Part shown: one piece after another, positions 1 through 11,133 of the stretch
Position numbering within the stretch: position 1 is the stretch's first letter
Layout: each line of letters opens with the position of its first letter
Assembly (NCBI RefSeq): GCF_963921235.1
Contig: NC_086097.1
Location: forward strand, 90,460,001 to 90,524,000
Length of the DNA: 64,000 nucleotides
Direction: 5' to 3'
DNA from: Mobula hypostoma
Lineage: Eukaryota
Notes under the pieces: model-generated
Told to the model about the DNA's origin: nothing
Database searches by the model: none
What the model saw: the letters and a program-made list of their open reading frames with translations, nothing else
Program-made: the position numbers and the translations under genes

Positions 1-1652
1 GTGCTGATGTGTCTGTGCTGCTGTGGCTTGCCTTCTGCAGCTGAAAGATTTGCTCGGTGTCTGAGGGAGTGATTGTTCAGGCCTGCCACAGGAGGTACTA
101 AAGCTGTCCTTTGGTTCTGCTTTGTTAATTCCTTCAAGCTTACATTGTGTGCTCACCTCTGCGCCAAATGGGACTTTTGTTGTGGAAGTTACAGTGTAAT
201 GGACTGGTGCAGTTAAAAAAAATGCTGTTTTAGGATTGTATTAAATTCTTCCTGTTTTTAAACAAAATCTCTGTGGTATTTATTTCTTCCTCCTCACTCC
301 GTGTGTACATAAAACATTAGATACTAGACACTAGAATACTACAGCACAGTACGGGCCCTTCGACCCTCGATGTTGTGCTGACCCATATATTCCTTTAAAA
401 AAAGTACTAACCCACACTACACCGTAACCCTCTGTTTTTCTTTCATCCATGTGCCTGTCCAAGAGGCTCTTAAATACCCCTAATGTTTTAGCCTCCACCA
501 CCATCCCTGGCAAGTCATTCCAGGCACCCACAACCCTTTGTGTAAAAACTTACCCCTGATGTCTCCCCTAAACTTCCCTCCCTTAACTTTGTACATATGC
601 CCTCTGGTGTTTGCTATTCATGCCTTGGGAAACAGGTACTGGCTATCCACCCTATCTATGCCTGTCATAATCTTGTAGACCTCTATCAAGTCCCCTTTCA
701 TCCTACTACGCTCCAAAGAGAAAAGTCCCATCTATGCTAACCTTGCCTCAAAAGACTTGTTTTCCAATCCAGGCAACATCCTGGTAAATCTCCTCTGCAC
801 CCTCTCCATAGCTTCCACATCCTTTCTATAATGAGGTGACCAGAACTGAACACAATACTCTAAGTGTGGTCTCACCAGAGATTTGTAGAGTTGCAACATG
901 ATCTCTCTACTCTTGAACTCAATCCCCCTATTAATGAAGCCTAGCATCTCATAGGCCTTCTTAACTATCCTATCAACCTGTGCAGCGACCTTGAGGGATG
1001 TATGGATTTGAACCCCAAGGTCCCTCTGTTCATCCACACTCTTAAGTAACCGAACAGTAACCCTGTACTCAGCCTTCTGGTTTGTCCTTCCAAAATGCAT
1101 CACCTCACAGTTCCAGATTGAACTCCATCTGCCACTTTTCTGCCCAACTCTGCATCCTGTCTATATCCTCTTGTAACCTTCGACAACCTACAGCTGCATC
1201 CACAGCTCCTCCAATCTTCGTGTCGTCCACAAACTTACTCACCCATCCTTCCGCCTCTTCATCCAGGTCGTTTATAAAAATCACAAAGAGCAGGGGTCCC
1301 AGGACAGATCCTTGCGGCACTCCACGAGTCACCGATCACAAAGCAGAATACTTTCCTTCCACTACTACCCTCTGCTTTCTTCCTTTAAGCCAATTTTTTT
1401 TATCCAAACAGCCAAGGTTCCACTGATCCCATGCCTTATGACTTTCTGGATGAATCTGTCATGGGGGACCTTGTCAAATGCCTTGCTAAAATCCATGTAG
1501 ACCACATCTATCGCCCTACCCTCATCGATTTCTTTTGTTACCTCTTCAAAAAACTCAATTAGGCCCGTGAGGCACGACCTTCCCTTCACAAAGCCACGTT
1601 GACTATCCTTGAGTAGACTGTACTTCCCCAAGTGCTCGGAGATCCTATTCTT

Positions 1653-1857
1653 TTTTTTTAATTTTATTTTTATTTGGTAAGGAGTTCACAATTATCATGT
1701 ACTTTTTTCACACATATAACCTTTTCCATTTTTTTATATGTATAAAACTACAATTATTTATACATTCTTAAGTACACATTGAGATGATATAAAAGCAAAA
1801 TAAACATTTAAATAGATAATTATGCACTGTGGTAAATCTAACCTATTAGGCTAAGTA
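1653..1857 (-). mobile_element. 5'-truncated poly(A) retroelement 3' end (probably L1-clade)
   Basis: T-tract on + strand, giving AATAAA plus an A-tail on -. Flanked by ATTCTT (1647-1652, 1858-1863). The same 3' end recurs at 53194-53243. Confidence 0.65.
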
Positions 1858-2428
1858 ATTCTTAAGAATCGTTTCCAGTAGTTTGCAGACCACCGACGTA
1901 AGGCTCACCAATAGTTCCCAGGATTCTTCCTATTACCTTGTTTAAACAAGGGAACTACATTTGCTATTCTCCAATCCTCCGGCACCTCCCCTGCAGCCAG
2001 AGAGGATTCAAGGATCATAGCTACTGCTCCAGCGATCTCTTCTCTCACTTCCCACAGCAACCTGGGGTATATCACATCCATCCCTGGATGGTTTCAAAAG
2101 GATCCAACACTACTTCTTCCTTAATCTCCACATTGTCCAGCACACAGGCCTGTTCTATTTCGACCACACCTTGATCAAGGTCCTTTTCGCTTGTGAATAC
2201 TGAAGCAAAGTATTCATTTAGGACCTCCCCAACCTCCTCCGCCTCCAGGCACATGTTGCCTTCTTTATCCTTTAGCGGCCCCACCTTCATTCTTGTCATC
2301 CTTCTGTTCCTCACATACGCATAGAACGCCTTGGGGTTCTCCTTAATCCTACATGCCAAGGCCTTCTCATGCCCCCTTCAAGCTCTCCTAAATCCTTTTT
2401 TAAGCTCCTTCCTGGCTACCCTATATTT

Positions 2429-4085
2429 TTGAAACTTTTTGAAATGGTTTAAGCTGAAAGAGAGCATCTGTCATATTAGGTGGATAAACAGAAGGGTAAT
2501 TTGGTAATAAACCATGTAAAAAAATTTCCAATTTGTAAATATCTAAAAAAGTGTACATTAGATAAATCATACTTATCCACTAACTGAGAGAAAGATATTA
2601 AACAGTCCCTGAAAAACAAATCTGAAAAAGTTATTATTCCCTGGGTTTTCCAAATTAAAAAGGCCTTATTCAAAATTGATGGTTTAAAAAAATGATTGAG
2701 ATGGATATTATCAGAAAGAATAAAATTATTTAACTCAAAAAATCTATGAAACTGAAACCAAATTCTTAATGTATGTTTAATAATGGGATTAAAATCTTGT
2801 TTGCTAATCTTAGAAAACAAAAAAGGAAGAGGAGCTCCCAGTAAAGAGGCCCTTCACTGAGTTTTCCTCCAAATCCAACCATGAAGGACATTCATGTATA
2901 TCTGAATAGTGAATCCAAAAAGTAATATATCAATGTTAATTGCCCAGTAATACATTCTAAAATTTGGTAAAGCCATACCACCATCGTTTTTCAATTTCTG
3001 CAATAAGGGTTTACTCAATCTAGGATTTTTATTGTTCCAAATATAAGATAAGATTATAGAATCTATTCTGTCAAAGAACATTTTAGGAACAAAGGAAGGA
3101 ACTGCCTGAAATATATATAAGAATTTTGGTAAAACTATTTTAATAGCATTAGTTTGACCTATTAATGATAATGTCATAGGCGACCATTTAGAAAGCTTTT
3201 GTTTGGTGTATTCAATTAATGGAAAAAATTATATTTATAGAGGTCCTTAAAATTTTTAGTAATTTTAATACCAAGATAGGTAAAGTAATTTTTAGCAATA
3301 CTAAAAGGTACTTGATAATTTGGATCCGAGTAATTATTAATAGGAAAAACTCACTTTTATGTAAATTTAATTTATACCCAGAAAAACTACTGAATTCAGA
3401 AAATATAGCTAACATAGAAGGAATAGATTTCCTTGGATCTGAAATATAAACTAACAGTTCATCTACATATAATGAAACCTTGTATATTTTGTCCCCTCTC
3501 TTAATACCCTGAACAGTATTAGAATCTGTAAGAGCAATAGCAAGGGGTTCTAAAGCCAAGTTAAATAATAAAGGGCTAGGAGGACATCCCTGCCCAGTAC
3601 CCCTATATAATCTAAAACAGGGAGATGTTTGATTATTAGTTATAACCGCAGCCACAGGGGCATGATAGATCAATTTGATCCAGGAAATAAATCCTGGGCC
3701 AAAATTAAATCTTGCCAAAACCTCAAATAAGACCACTCCACCCTATCAAATGCTTTCTCTGCATCAAGAAAAACAACACATTCAGATTCTTTAGATGGAG
3801 AAGAGTGAATAATGTTTAATAATCTTCAAATGTTAAAATGTGAATATCTATTTTTAAGAAATCTAGTTTGGTCATTGGAAATAACAGTAGGTATTAGCCA
3901 AGATCTTAGAAAGAATTTTAAAATCCACATTCAATAAGGAGATTGGTCTATAGGAAGCACATTCAGATAAATCTTCCTTTTTTAGGAATTAAGGAGATTG
4001 AAGCTTCATAAATAGTTTTCGGGAGAGTCGCAGAGGAAATAGAATCAGTGAAAATCCGACATACATGAGGTGTAAGTGTATCAGA
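2429..4085 (-). mobile_element. L1-clade LINE ORF2 fragment (RT domain, frameshifted)
   Basis: ORFs 3212-3736, 2854-3177 and 2476-2820 contain RGTGQGCPPSPLLFNLALEPLA, SLYVDELL and GGMALPNFRMYYWA. AT-rich. 13-bp TSD CTACCCTATATTT at 2416-2428 and 4086-4098. Confidence 0.9.
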
Positions 4086-4349
4086 CTACCCTATATTTCT
4101 GATGATCCCCTTCTGCTTCCTGCTTCTTATATCTAACATAAGGTGTAACCCTGGAGTTTTCTGCCCCGGAGGGTTGTGAAGGCTGAATCATTGCGGAGAT
4201 TGAAAGAGAAAGTCAGAAAGACCAGGGTATTCAGGGTTACTGGGGGAATGGCACACAACAGGAGGGAAGGCCCAGGAAGATAATCAACCATAATCATATC
4301 AACTGACAGAGCAGACTTGGGGACTGTGGCTTACTCCTGCTCCTACCTC

Positions 4350-4580
4350 ATGCCTTTCACAAGCTCAGGCAGTCCCTAAATGTTTTACAATTATTTTAAA
4401 TTTTAAAATGTGGCCATTGTTGTAAAATGGCAAAGGTTGGAGCCAGGATTACTGGTTAACGACATTTTCCAGGCTGTGCAAGATCCCACAGCCAGTAATA
4501 TGATGAAGTCCAGATAATGCCATCTGTTGAGGGTGCATCTTGGCCAGAACACATAAGAGAAATTCCTGTGTCTTCCTTGT
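4350..4580 (-). mobile_element. Old Deu-domain-type SINE remnant
   Basis: Resembles, from recall, the reverse complement of the DeuSINE (AmnSINE1/SacSINE1-like) 3' half. Similar to 40990-41350. Confidence 0.45.
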
Positions 4581-4939
4581 ACCTGTACCTGAGATCTTTA
4601 ACAGGAAGGGACAACCATGCTCAACATCTCAGGCGCAGGACTTGAACCTGTCACACCTAGACTTTTGGGAGAAATGACACAATGAGGCATAAGCAGCCAG
4701 CTTGGGTGCTGCATCCAGCAGCAGGTCAAGAATAGATGAGCCAGAGACTGGCGACTCTTTGATTCCTGCTGTGTTTGCTCTGTTGCCATTTCCTACTTAT
4801 TCATTTCTCCTTGACATGGGGGTTAATGGGTTGGAAAGCAGCCAACAGGCCGCCATCATCTTCTGTGGTGGGGAATACCACATGATCAACACCTTCTGAG
4901 TGAAGACCTCTATCTTCATCTCCATCCTGGAGGTTGGTA

Positions 4940-5560
4940 TTGGCATTGCTTTGTTATTGTCACATGAACCACGACACAGCGAAAAGCTTGTCTTGCATAC
5001 TGTTCATACAGATAAAGTCATCAGGCAGTGCGTTGAACTAGAATAAGGGAAAGCAATAACAATGCAGAATAAAGTGTATGAGCTATTAAAAAAACACAGT
5101 GCGGGTAAGTGGGTAAAGTGCAAGGTCATAATGATTGTGAGGCCAATCTTATCATACAAGAGGTCCATTCAATTGTCTGATAGCTGTCGGATAGAGGCTG
5201 TTCTTGAGTCTTGTGGTAAGTGCTTTCAGGCTTTTGTATCTTCTCCGGATGGAAGAGGGGTGAAGAGGGAATGTCCGGGGTAGGTGGAGCCTTTGATTAT
5301 GCTGGCTGCTTTACTGAGGCATTGATAAGTAAGTAGACAGTCCGTGGAGTGGAGGCTGGTTCCTGTGATGCACTGAGCTGTGTCCACCACTCTGCAGTTT
5401 CCTGTAGTTGCCATACCAAGCCACATCGCATCCAGACAGAACGCTTTCTTTGGTGCATCGATAAGAGTTGCGAAGAGCTGACGGTTGAAATGCTGAATTT
5501 CTTTAGTGTCCTGAGGAAGTAGAGGCATTGGTAAGCTTTCTTGGCCATGTTATCAGTGTC
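4940..5560 (-). mobile_element. Rex/Babar-type LINE 3' fragment
   Basis: Peptide AKKAYQCLYFLRTLKKF and RVVDTAQCITG...KAASIIK motifs. 3' UTR is shared with other copies in the window. Confidence 0.75.
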
Positions 5561-7723
5561 TCACCTAAGGGGTCCATCCATCATACTGAGCTGTGTAGTA
5601 ACCAACAAGCTGGTGAGTAGGATGGGAAATGGGTTGTTGTGTGTTGTGGGGGAGGGTGGGTGGCAGGAGCTCGGGATCATAGAGAGGGGAATTAGGCAGG
5701 GGTACTTTGGAAGAAGGGGAAGTGCCCCACAAGGGCACTAGTGACCAAGAGAGAAGCAAAACAGGTTGTGATTGGGAGAAGAGGAAAGTGATTAGGATGG
5801 AAGACCATAGATTATGCTGGAAGCTAATGGCAAGGAGGAGGAGTGTATTGGTTAGGAATAGTGGGTTAGTATGTACTGGTTTTTGACAGCACCCTACACT
5901 GTTAATGCTGGATTGTGAAGATCAGCCCAGTACCTTCAAGAGTATTTCTTGAAGTATGTTTTTGGTGACATTTTACAGTGACCTGTACAAGAATAGCTGG
6001 TCAGATTAGGCTTTGCTGAACTTGGTCTCTATAGTATTCTCTGGGGTCACTGAGTCATATAACACAGCAACAGTTCTGCAGACCATCAACTCTTTCCCTC
6101 GCCAGGCAGAGGCAACATTTTTTAAACTGTACACTTCTGCTACCCTAAAGAATTTCATCCATTATTTCCACATGACAAAGGAGGCTATTTGGCCCATCAA
6201 GCTTATTCCAGAATGCAGCAATCCTATTCCTTCTCTAATTTTCCCTGTACTTTTTGCCCCTGTGTTGCAGTCAACCTCCAAGTTGGCCAACTAACCGTCA
6301 TACCTCTAGAATATGGAAGAACAGAGAACATTACAGCCCATTGCAGGTCTTTTGGTCCATGATGTTATGCTGACCTTTTAACCTACTCTGAAATCAATCT
6401 AACTTCCCTCTTACATTGCCCTCCATTTTTCTATCATCTGTGTGCCTATCTAGAAATTGCTTAATGCCCCAATGTATATACCTCTACCACTGCCCTGGCA
6501 GGGTATTCCACACACTCACCGCTCTCAGTGTGAAAAAACTTACCTCTGACATCCTCTATAGTTCCCTCCAATCAGCTTAAAATTATGGCCCCTTGTATTA
6601 ACTATTTCTGCTCTGGGAAAAAGTCTCTGACTATCGACTCGATCAATGCCTCTTATTATCTTGTATACCTCCAAGAAACCTCCGATCCTCCTTCGCTCCA
6701 GAGAGAAAAGCCCTAGCTCGCTCAACCTATCCTCATAAGACATGCTCTCTAATCCAGGCGGCATCCCAGTAAATCTCCTCTGTACTCTCACCAAAGCTTC
6801 CACATCCTTCCTATAATGAGGTAGCCGGAACCGAACGCAATGTTCCAAGTGTGGTCTAAGCAGGGTTTTATAGAGCTGCAACACTATGTCATGGATCTTG
6901 AACTCAATTCTCCAACTAATGAAGGTCAAATTACAATACGCCTTTGTAACGGCACTGAACTCGTGCAGTGACTTTGAGGGATCTGTGGAACTGGAACCCA
7001 AGATCTCCCTGTTCCTCGACACTGCTAAGAATCTTGCCATTAACCCTATATTCTGTCTTCAAATTTGATCTTTCAAAGTGAATCACTTCACACTTTCCCA
7101 GATTGAACTCCATCTGACATTTCTCAGCACAGGTCTGCATCCTGCCAATGTCTCATTGTAACCATTGACAATCTCCTATACTTGTCTACAACACGGCCAA
7201 CCTTCAAGCTGTTTGCAAACTTAGTAACCATCCTTCCACTTTTTCATACAAGTCACTGATAAAAATCACAAAGGGCAGGGATCCCAGAGCAGATCCCTGG
7301 GGAACACCACTGGTCACAAACATCAAGGCAGGATAAACTCCATCTACTACCACACTTTACCTTCTATGACCAAGCCAATTCTGTGCCCACACAGGCAAGT
7401 TTTCCTGGATCCCATGCTTTATGACTTTCTGAATGATCTGACCATGGGGAACCTTATCAAACACCTTACTCAAATCCATATGCACCACATCCACTGCTCC
7501 ACCTTCATTCGTGTGTTTTGTCACATTGTCAAAGAATTCAATCAGGCTCATGAGGCAGGAGATAGGAAAGGTGTGTCAGAGAACAATGTCATGATATTCA
7601 TTGGGGATTTTAATACGAAAGTGGATTGGGAAAAACAGGCCAGTACTGGACCTCAAGAGAGAGAATTTGTAGAATGTCTCAGAGATGGCTTTTTAGAACA
7701 ACTTCTTGTTGAGCCCACTAGGG

Positions 7724-7900
7724 CAGTGGTCCCCAACCTCCGGGCCGCAGACTGATACTGGGCTGCAAAGCATGCAGGGGTGCAGCAGTAGCCAGAATGC
7801 ACCCAGCACATCTTTAAGGAAAAAGCCGAAATAAACAAGCTAATTAATTAGGTGCCGCCCGGCACGTAAATGTCGGCCCAAATCAGAGGCGATTGCTGAT
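7724..7900 (+). mobile_element. hAT/Charlie-type non-autonomous element, left end only
   Basis: Starts CAGTGGTCCCCAACC, the same TIR type as 33961/34681. No right TIR seen. Confidence 0.6.
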
Positions 7901-8836
7901 TACATAGAGCAATTGAACCAGATGGCTGGAAAATTGCAAATGTTACTCCACTATTTAAGAAGCGTGGGAGGAAGCAGAAAGGAAACTATAGACCTATTAG
8001 CTTGACATCAGTGGTTGGGAAGTTGTTGGAATCAATTGTTAGGGATGAGATTACGGAGTGTCTGGAGGCACGTGACAAGATAGGCCAAAGCCAGCATGGT
8101 TTCCTGAAAGGAAAATCCTGCCTAACAAACCTACTGCAATTTTTTGAGGAAATTACAAGCAGGGTAGACACAGGAGATGTAGTAGATGTGGTGTACTTGG
8201 ATTTTCAGAAGGCCTTTGACAAGGTGCCATACATGAGGCTGCTTAGCAAGATAAGAGCCCATAGAATTACAGGGAAGTTACTAGCATGGGTGGAGCATTG
8301 GCTGATCGGCAGAAAACAGAGTGGGAATAAAGGGATTCTATTTTGGCTGGCTGCCGGTTACCAGTGGAATTCCACAGGGGTCGGTGTTGGGACTGCTGCT
8401 TTTTACGATGTATGTCAATGATTTGGACTAGGGAATAATGGATTTGTGGCTAAATTTGCCGATGATACAACGATAGGTGGAGGAGCGGGTAGGTTTGAGG
8501 AAACAGAGAGCCTGCAGAGAGACTTAGATAGTTTAGGGGGATGGGCAAAGAGGTGGCAAATGAAATGCAATGTTAGAAGGAGTATGGTCATGCACTTTGG
8601 TGGAAGGAATAAACGGGCAGACTATTATTTCGATGGGGAGAGAATTCAAAATGCAGAGATGCAAAGGCACTTGGAGTCCTTGTGAAGGATACCCTAAAGG
8701 TTAACCTCCGGGTTGAGCGGTGGTGAAGAAGGTGAATGCAATGTTGGCATTCATTTCTAGAGGTATAGAATATAAGAGCAGGGATGTGATGTGAAGCTCT
8801 ATAAGGCACTCATGAGACCACACTTGGAGTATTATG

Positions 8837-9468
8837 CAGACAACAGGAATTCTGCAGATGCTGGAAATTCAAGCAACACACATCAAAGTTGCTGGTGAAC
8901 ACAGCAGGCCAGGCAGCGTCTCTAGGAAGAGGTACAGTCGACGTTTCAGGCTGAGACCCTTCCTCAGGACTAACTGAAGGAAGAGTTAGTAAGAGATTTG
9001 AAAGTGGGAGGGGGAGGGGGAGATCCAAAATGATAGGAGAAGACAGGAGGGGGAGGGATGGAGCCAAGAGCTGGACAGGTGATTGGCAAAAGGGATATGA
9101 GAGGATCATGGGACAGGAGGTCCGGGGAGAAAGACAAGGGGGGGGGGAACCCAGAAGATGGGCAAGGGGTATAGTCAGAGGGACAGAGGGAGAAAAAGGA
9201 GAGTGAGAGAAAGAATGTGTGTATATAAGTAAATAACGGATGGGGTACAAGGGGGAGGTGGGGCATTAGCGGAAGTTAGATAAGTCAATGTTCATGCCAT
9301 CAGGTTGGAGGCTACCCAGACGGAATATAAGGTGTTGTTCCTCCAACCTGAGTGTGGCTTCATCTTTACAGTAGAGGAGGCCGTGGATAGACATGTCAGA
9401 ATGGGAATGGGATGTGGAATTAAAATGTGTGGCCACTGGGAGATCCTGCTTTCTTTGGTGGACAGAGC
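8837..9468 (-). mobile_element. Penelope-like element 3' fragment (GIY-YIG C-terminus + terminal repeat)
   Basis: Near-identical reverse complement of about 27085-27690. GTATTATG is duplicated at 8829-8836 and 9469-9476. Confidence 0.9.
8936..8971 (-). ncRNA. Minimal type I hammerhead ribozyme motif in Penelope terminal repeat
   Basis: Minus strand reads AGTC-CTGAGGA-AGGGTCTCAGCCT-GAAAC-GTC-GACT: CUGANGA box, helix II, GAAA, GUC site, and AGUC/GACU helix I. Confidence 0.75.
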
Positions 9469-10899
9469 GTATTATGTACAGGAGTACTGGAGTATTGTGT
9501 ACAGTTTTGGGCTCCTTATTTTAGAAAGGATATACTGACATTGGAGAGGGTTCAGAGAAGATTCACAAGAATGATTCCAGGAATGAAAGGGTTACCATAT
9601 GAGGCACATCTGGAAACTCTTGGGCTGTATTCCCTGGAGTTCAGGAGAATGAGGGGGGATCTCACAGAAACATTCTGAATGTTAAAAGGCCTGAAGAGAT
9701 TAGATATGGCAAAGTTATTTCCCATGGTAGGGGTGTCTAGGACAAGAGGACACGACTTCAGGATTGAAAGTCGTTCATTTAGAACAGAGATGCGGAGAAT
9801 TTACTTTAGTCAGAGGGTGGTAATTCTGTGGAATTTGTTGCCACGAGTGGCTGTGGAGGCCAAATCATTGGGTGCATTAAAGGCAGACATAGATAGATTC
9901 TTGATTAGCCAGGGCACCAAAGACTATGGGGTGAAGGCAGGAGGCTGGAGATGACTGGAAGAAATGGATCAGCCTATGATTGAATGGCGGAGCAGACTCA
10001 ATGGGCTGAATGGCCTACTTCTGCTCCTACGTCTTGTGGTCTTTTAACCTACCATGTTAGCTATCCCTAATCAGTGCTTCTTCCTAATGCTTGTAAATCC
10101 TGTCTGTAAGAATCTTCTCCAATAATTTGCCCTCCACTGTGGCAAGACTCACTACTCCCTGCTCCCTTTCTTGAACAAAAGAATAACGTGTGCAACCCTC
10201 CAATCGTCTGGTACTACTCCTGTGAGGATGCAAAGATCATCATCATAGTAGGTGCAGCAATCTCTTCTCTCACTTCCCGTAGTACCCTGGCCCTGGGAAT
10301 TTATCTGTCTTAACAGTTTTCAAAAGTTCCAGCACATCCTGCGTCCTAACGTTGACACGTTCTAGCATTACAGCCTGTTTTACACTGTCCTCACAGATGT
10401 CAGGTTTCTCTCACTGATGGATACCAAAGCAACATATTGGGTAAGGACCTCCGATATTTCCTCATACTCATCTAAATCTGATTGGTCCTACCCTCACTCT
10501 AGTCATCTTCCTGTTAGTCACATATGTGTAGAACACCTTCCTCAATCCTATTCGCCAAGGCCTTCTGCCTCCTTCTAGCTCTGAAGTCCATTCTTCAGAT
10601 TCTTCTTGGCTACTTTGTAACTCTCTAGAGGCCTTTCTGATCCTTGTTTTTTAAACATTAAGTAAGTTTCTTTCTTGCTTTTGACAAGATATTCCATCTC
10701 TTGTCAACCATGGTTCCTTCACCGTACCAACCTTTTCCTCCCTCAACGGGCCAACCTATCCAGAAGCCCATGTGAGTGCTCCCTAAACAACCTCTACATT
10801 TCTGTTGTTTGTTTATCTGAGGACATCAGTTCCCACTTTGTTTCCAAGCTCCTGCCTAACAGCATCATAGTTTGCTACCTTCCCCTGTCCCCATTAATA

Positions 10900-11133
10900 C
10901 GAGGGGTGATGGATAAGTTTGTGGCCTAAGGAAGAAGGAGTCAATTTTAGAAAACCTAGCACATTTATTTTTCAACACAGTACCCGCCTTCATTTACACA
11001 CTTAGTCCAGCGGTCGTGGAGCAAACAGATCTTGGACCTCCAGAAAGTGTCCACAACATGGGTGATTGATAAGTTTGAGGTTAATAACTCAGCTCCTTCT
11101 ACCTTGGGCTATGAACTTATCAATCACCCCTCG
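10900..11133. mobile_element. Mariner-type MITE, short derivative
   Basis: TA-CGAGGGGTGAT...ATCACCCCTCG-TA termini with TA TSD. Homologous to 53120-53634. Confidence 0.9.

Larger units (their letters stand above)
318..4140 (-). mobile_element. Decayed CR1-clade LINE (3' part of ORF2), interrupted by two L1-type insertions (1653-1857 and 2429-4085)
   Basis: Minus-strand ORF pieces carry CR1 RT motifs (GVPQGSVLGPLLF, FVDDTK, RPHLEYCVQFWSP, DFSKAFDKVPH). There is a short tandem 3' tail near 318-338. The sequence resumes across both insertions. Confidence 0.9.
7558..10024 (+). mobile_element. CR1 LINE with internal deletion (EN remnant, RT, 3' UTR), hosting a hAT MITE end and a Penelope fragment
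   Basis: IGDFN (EN) near 7600. ORFs 8002-8421, 8446-8685, 9427-9678 and 9679-9954 have CR1 RT motifs. 3' UTR 'atggcctacttctgctcct' near 10010. Confidence 0.88.
6320..10890 (-). mobile_element. Older CR1 LINE (6320-7557 and 10025-10890), split by an opposite-strand CR1
   Basis: ORFs 6540-7040, 6931-7140 and 7357-7551 are CR1 RT pieces. The ORF2-like sequence resumes at about 10025 in the same orientation. Confidence 0.8.
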
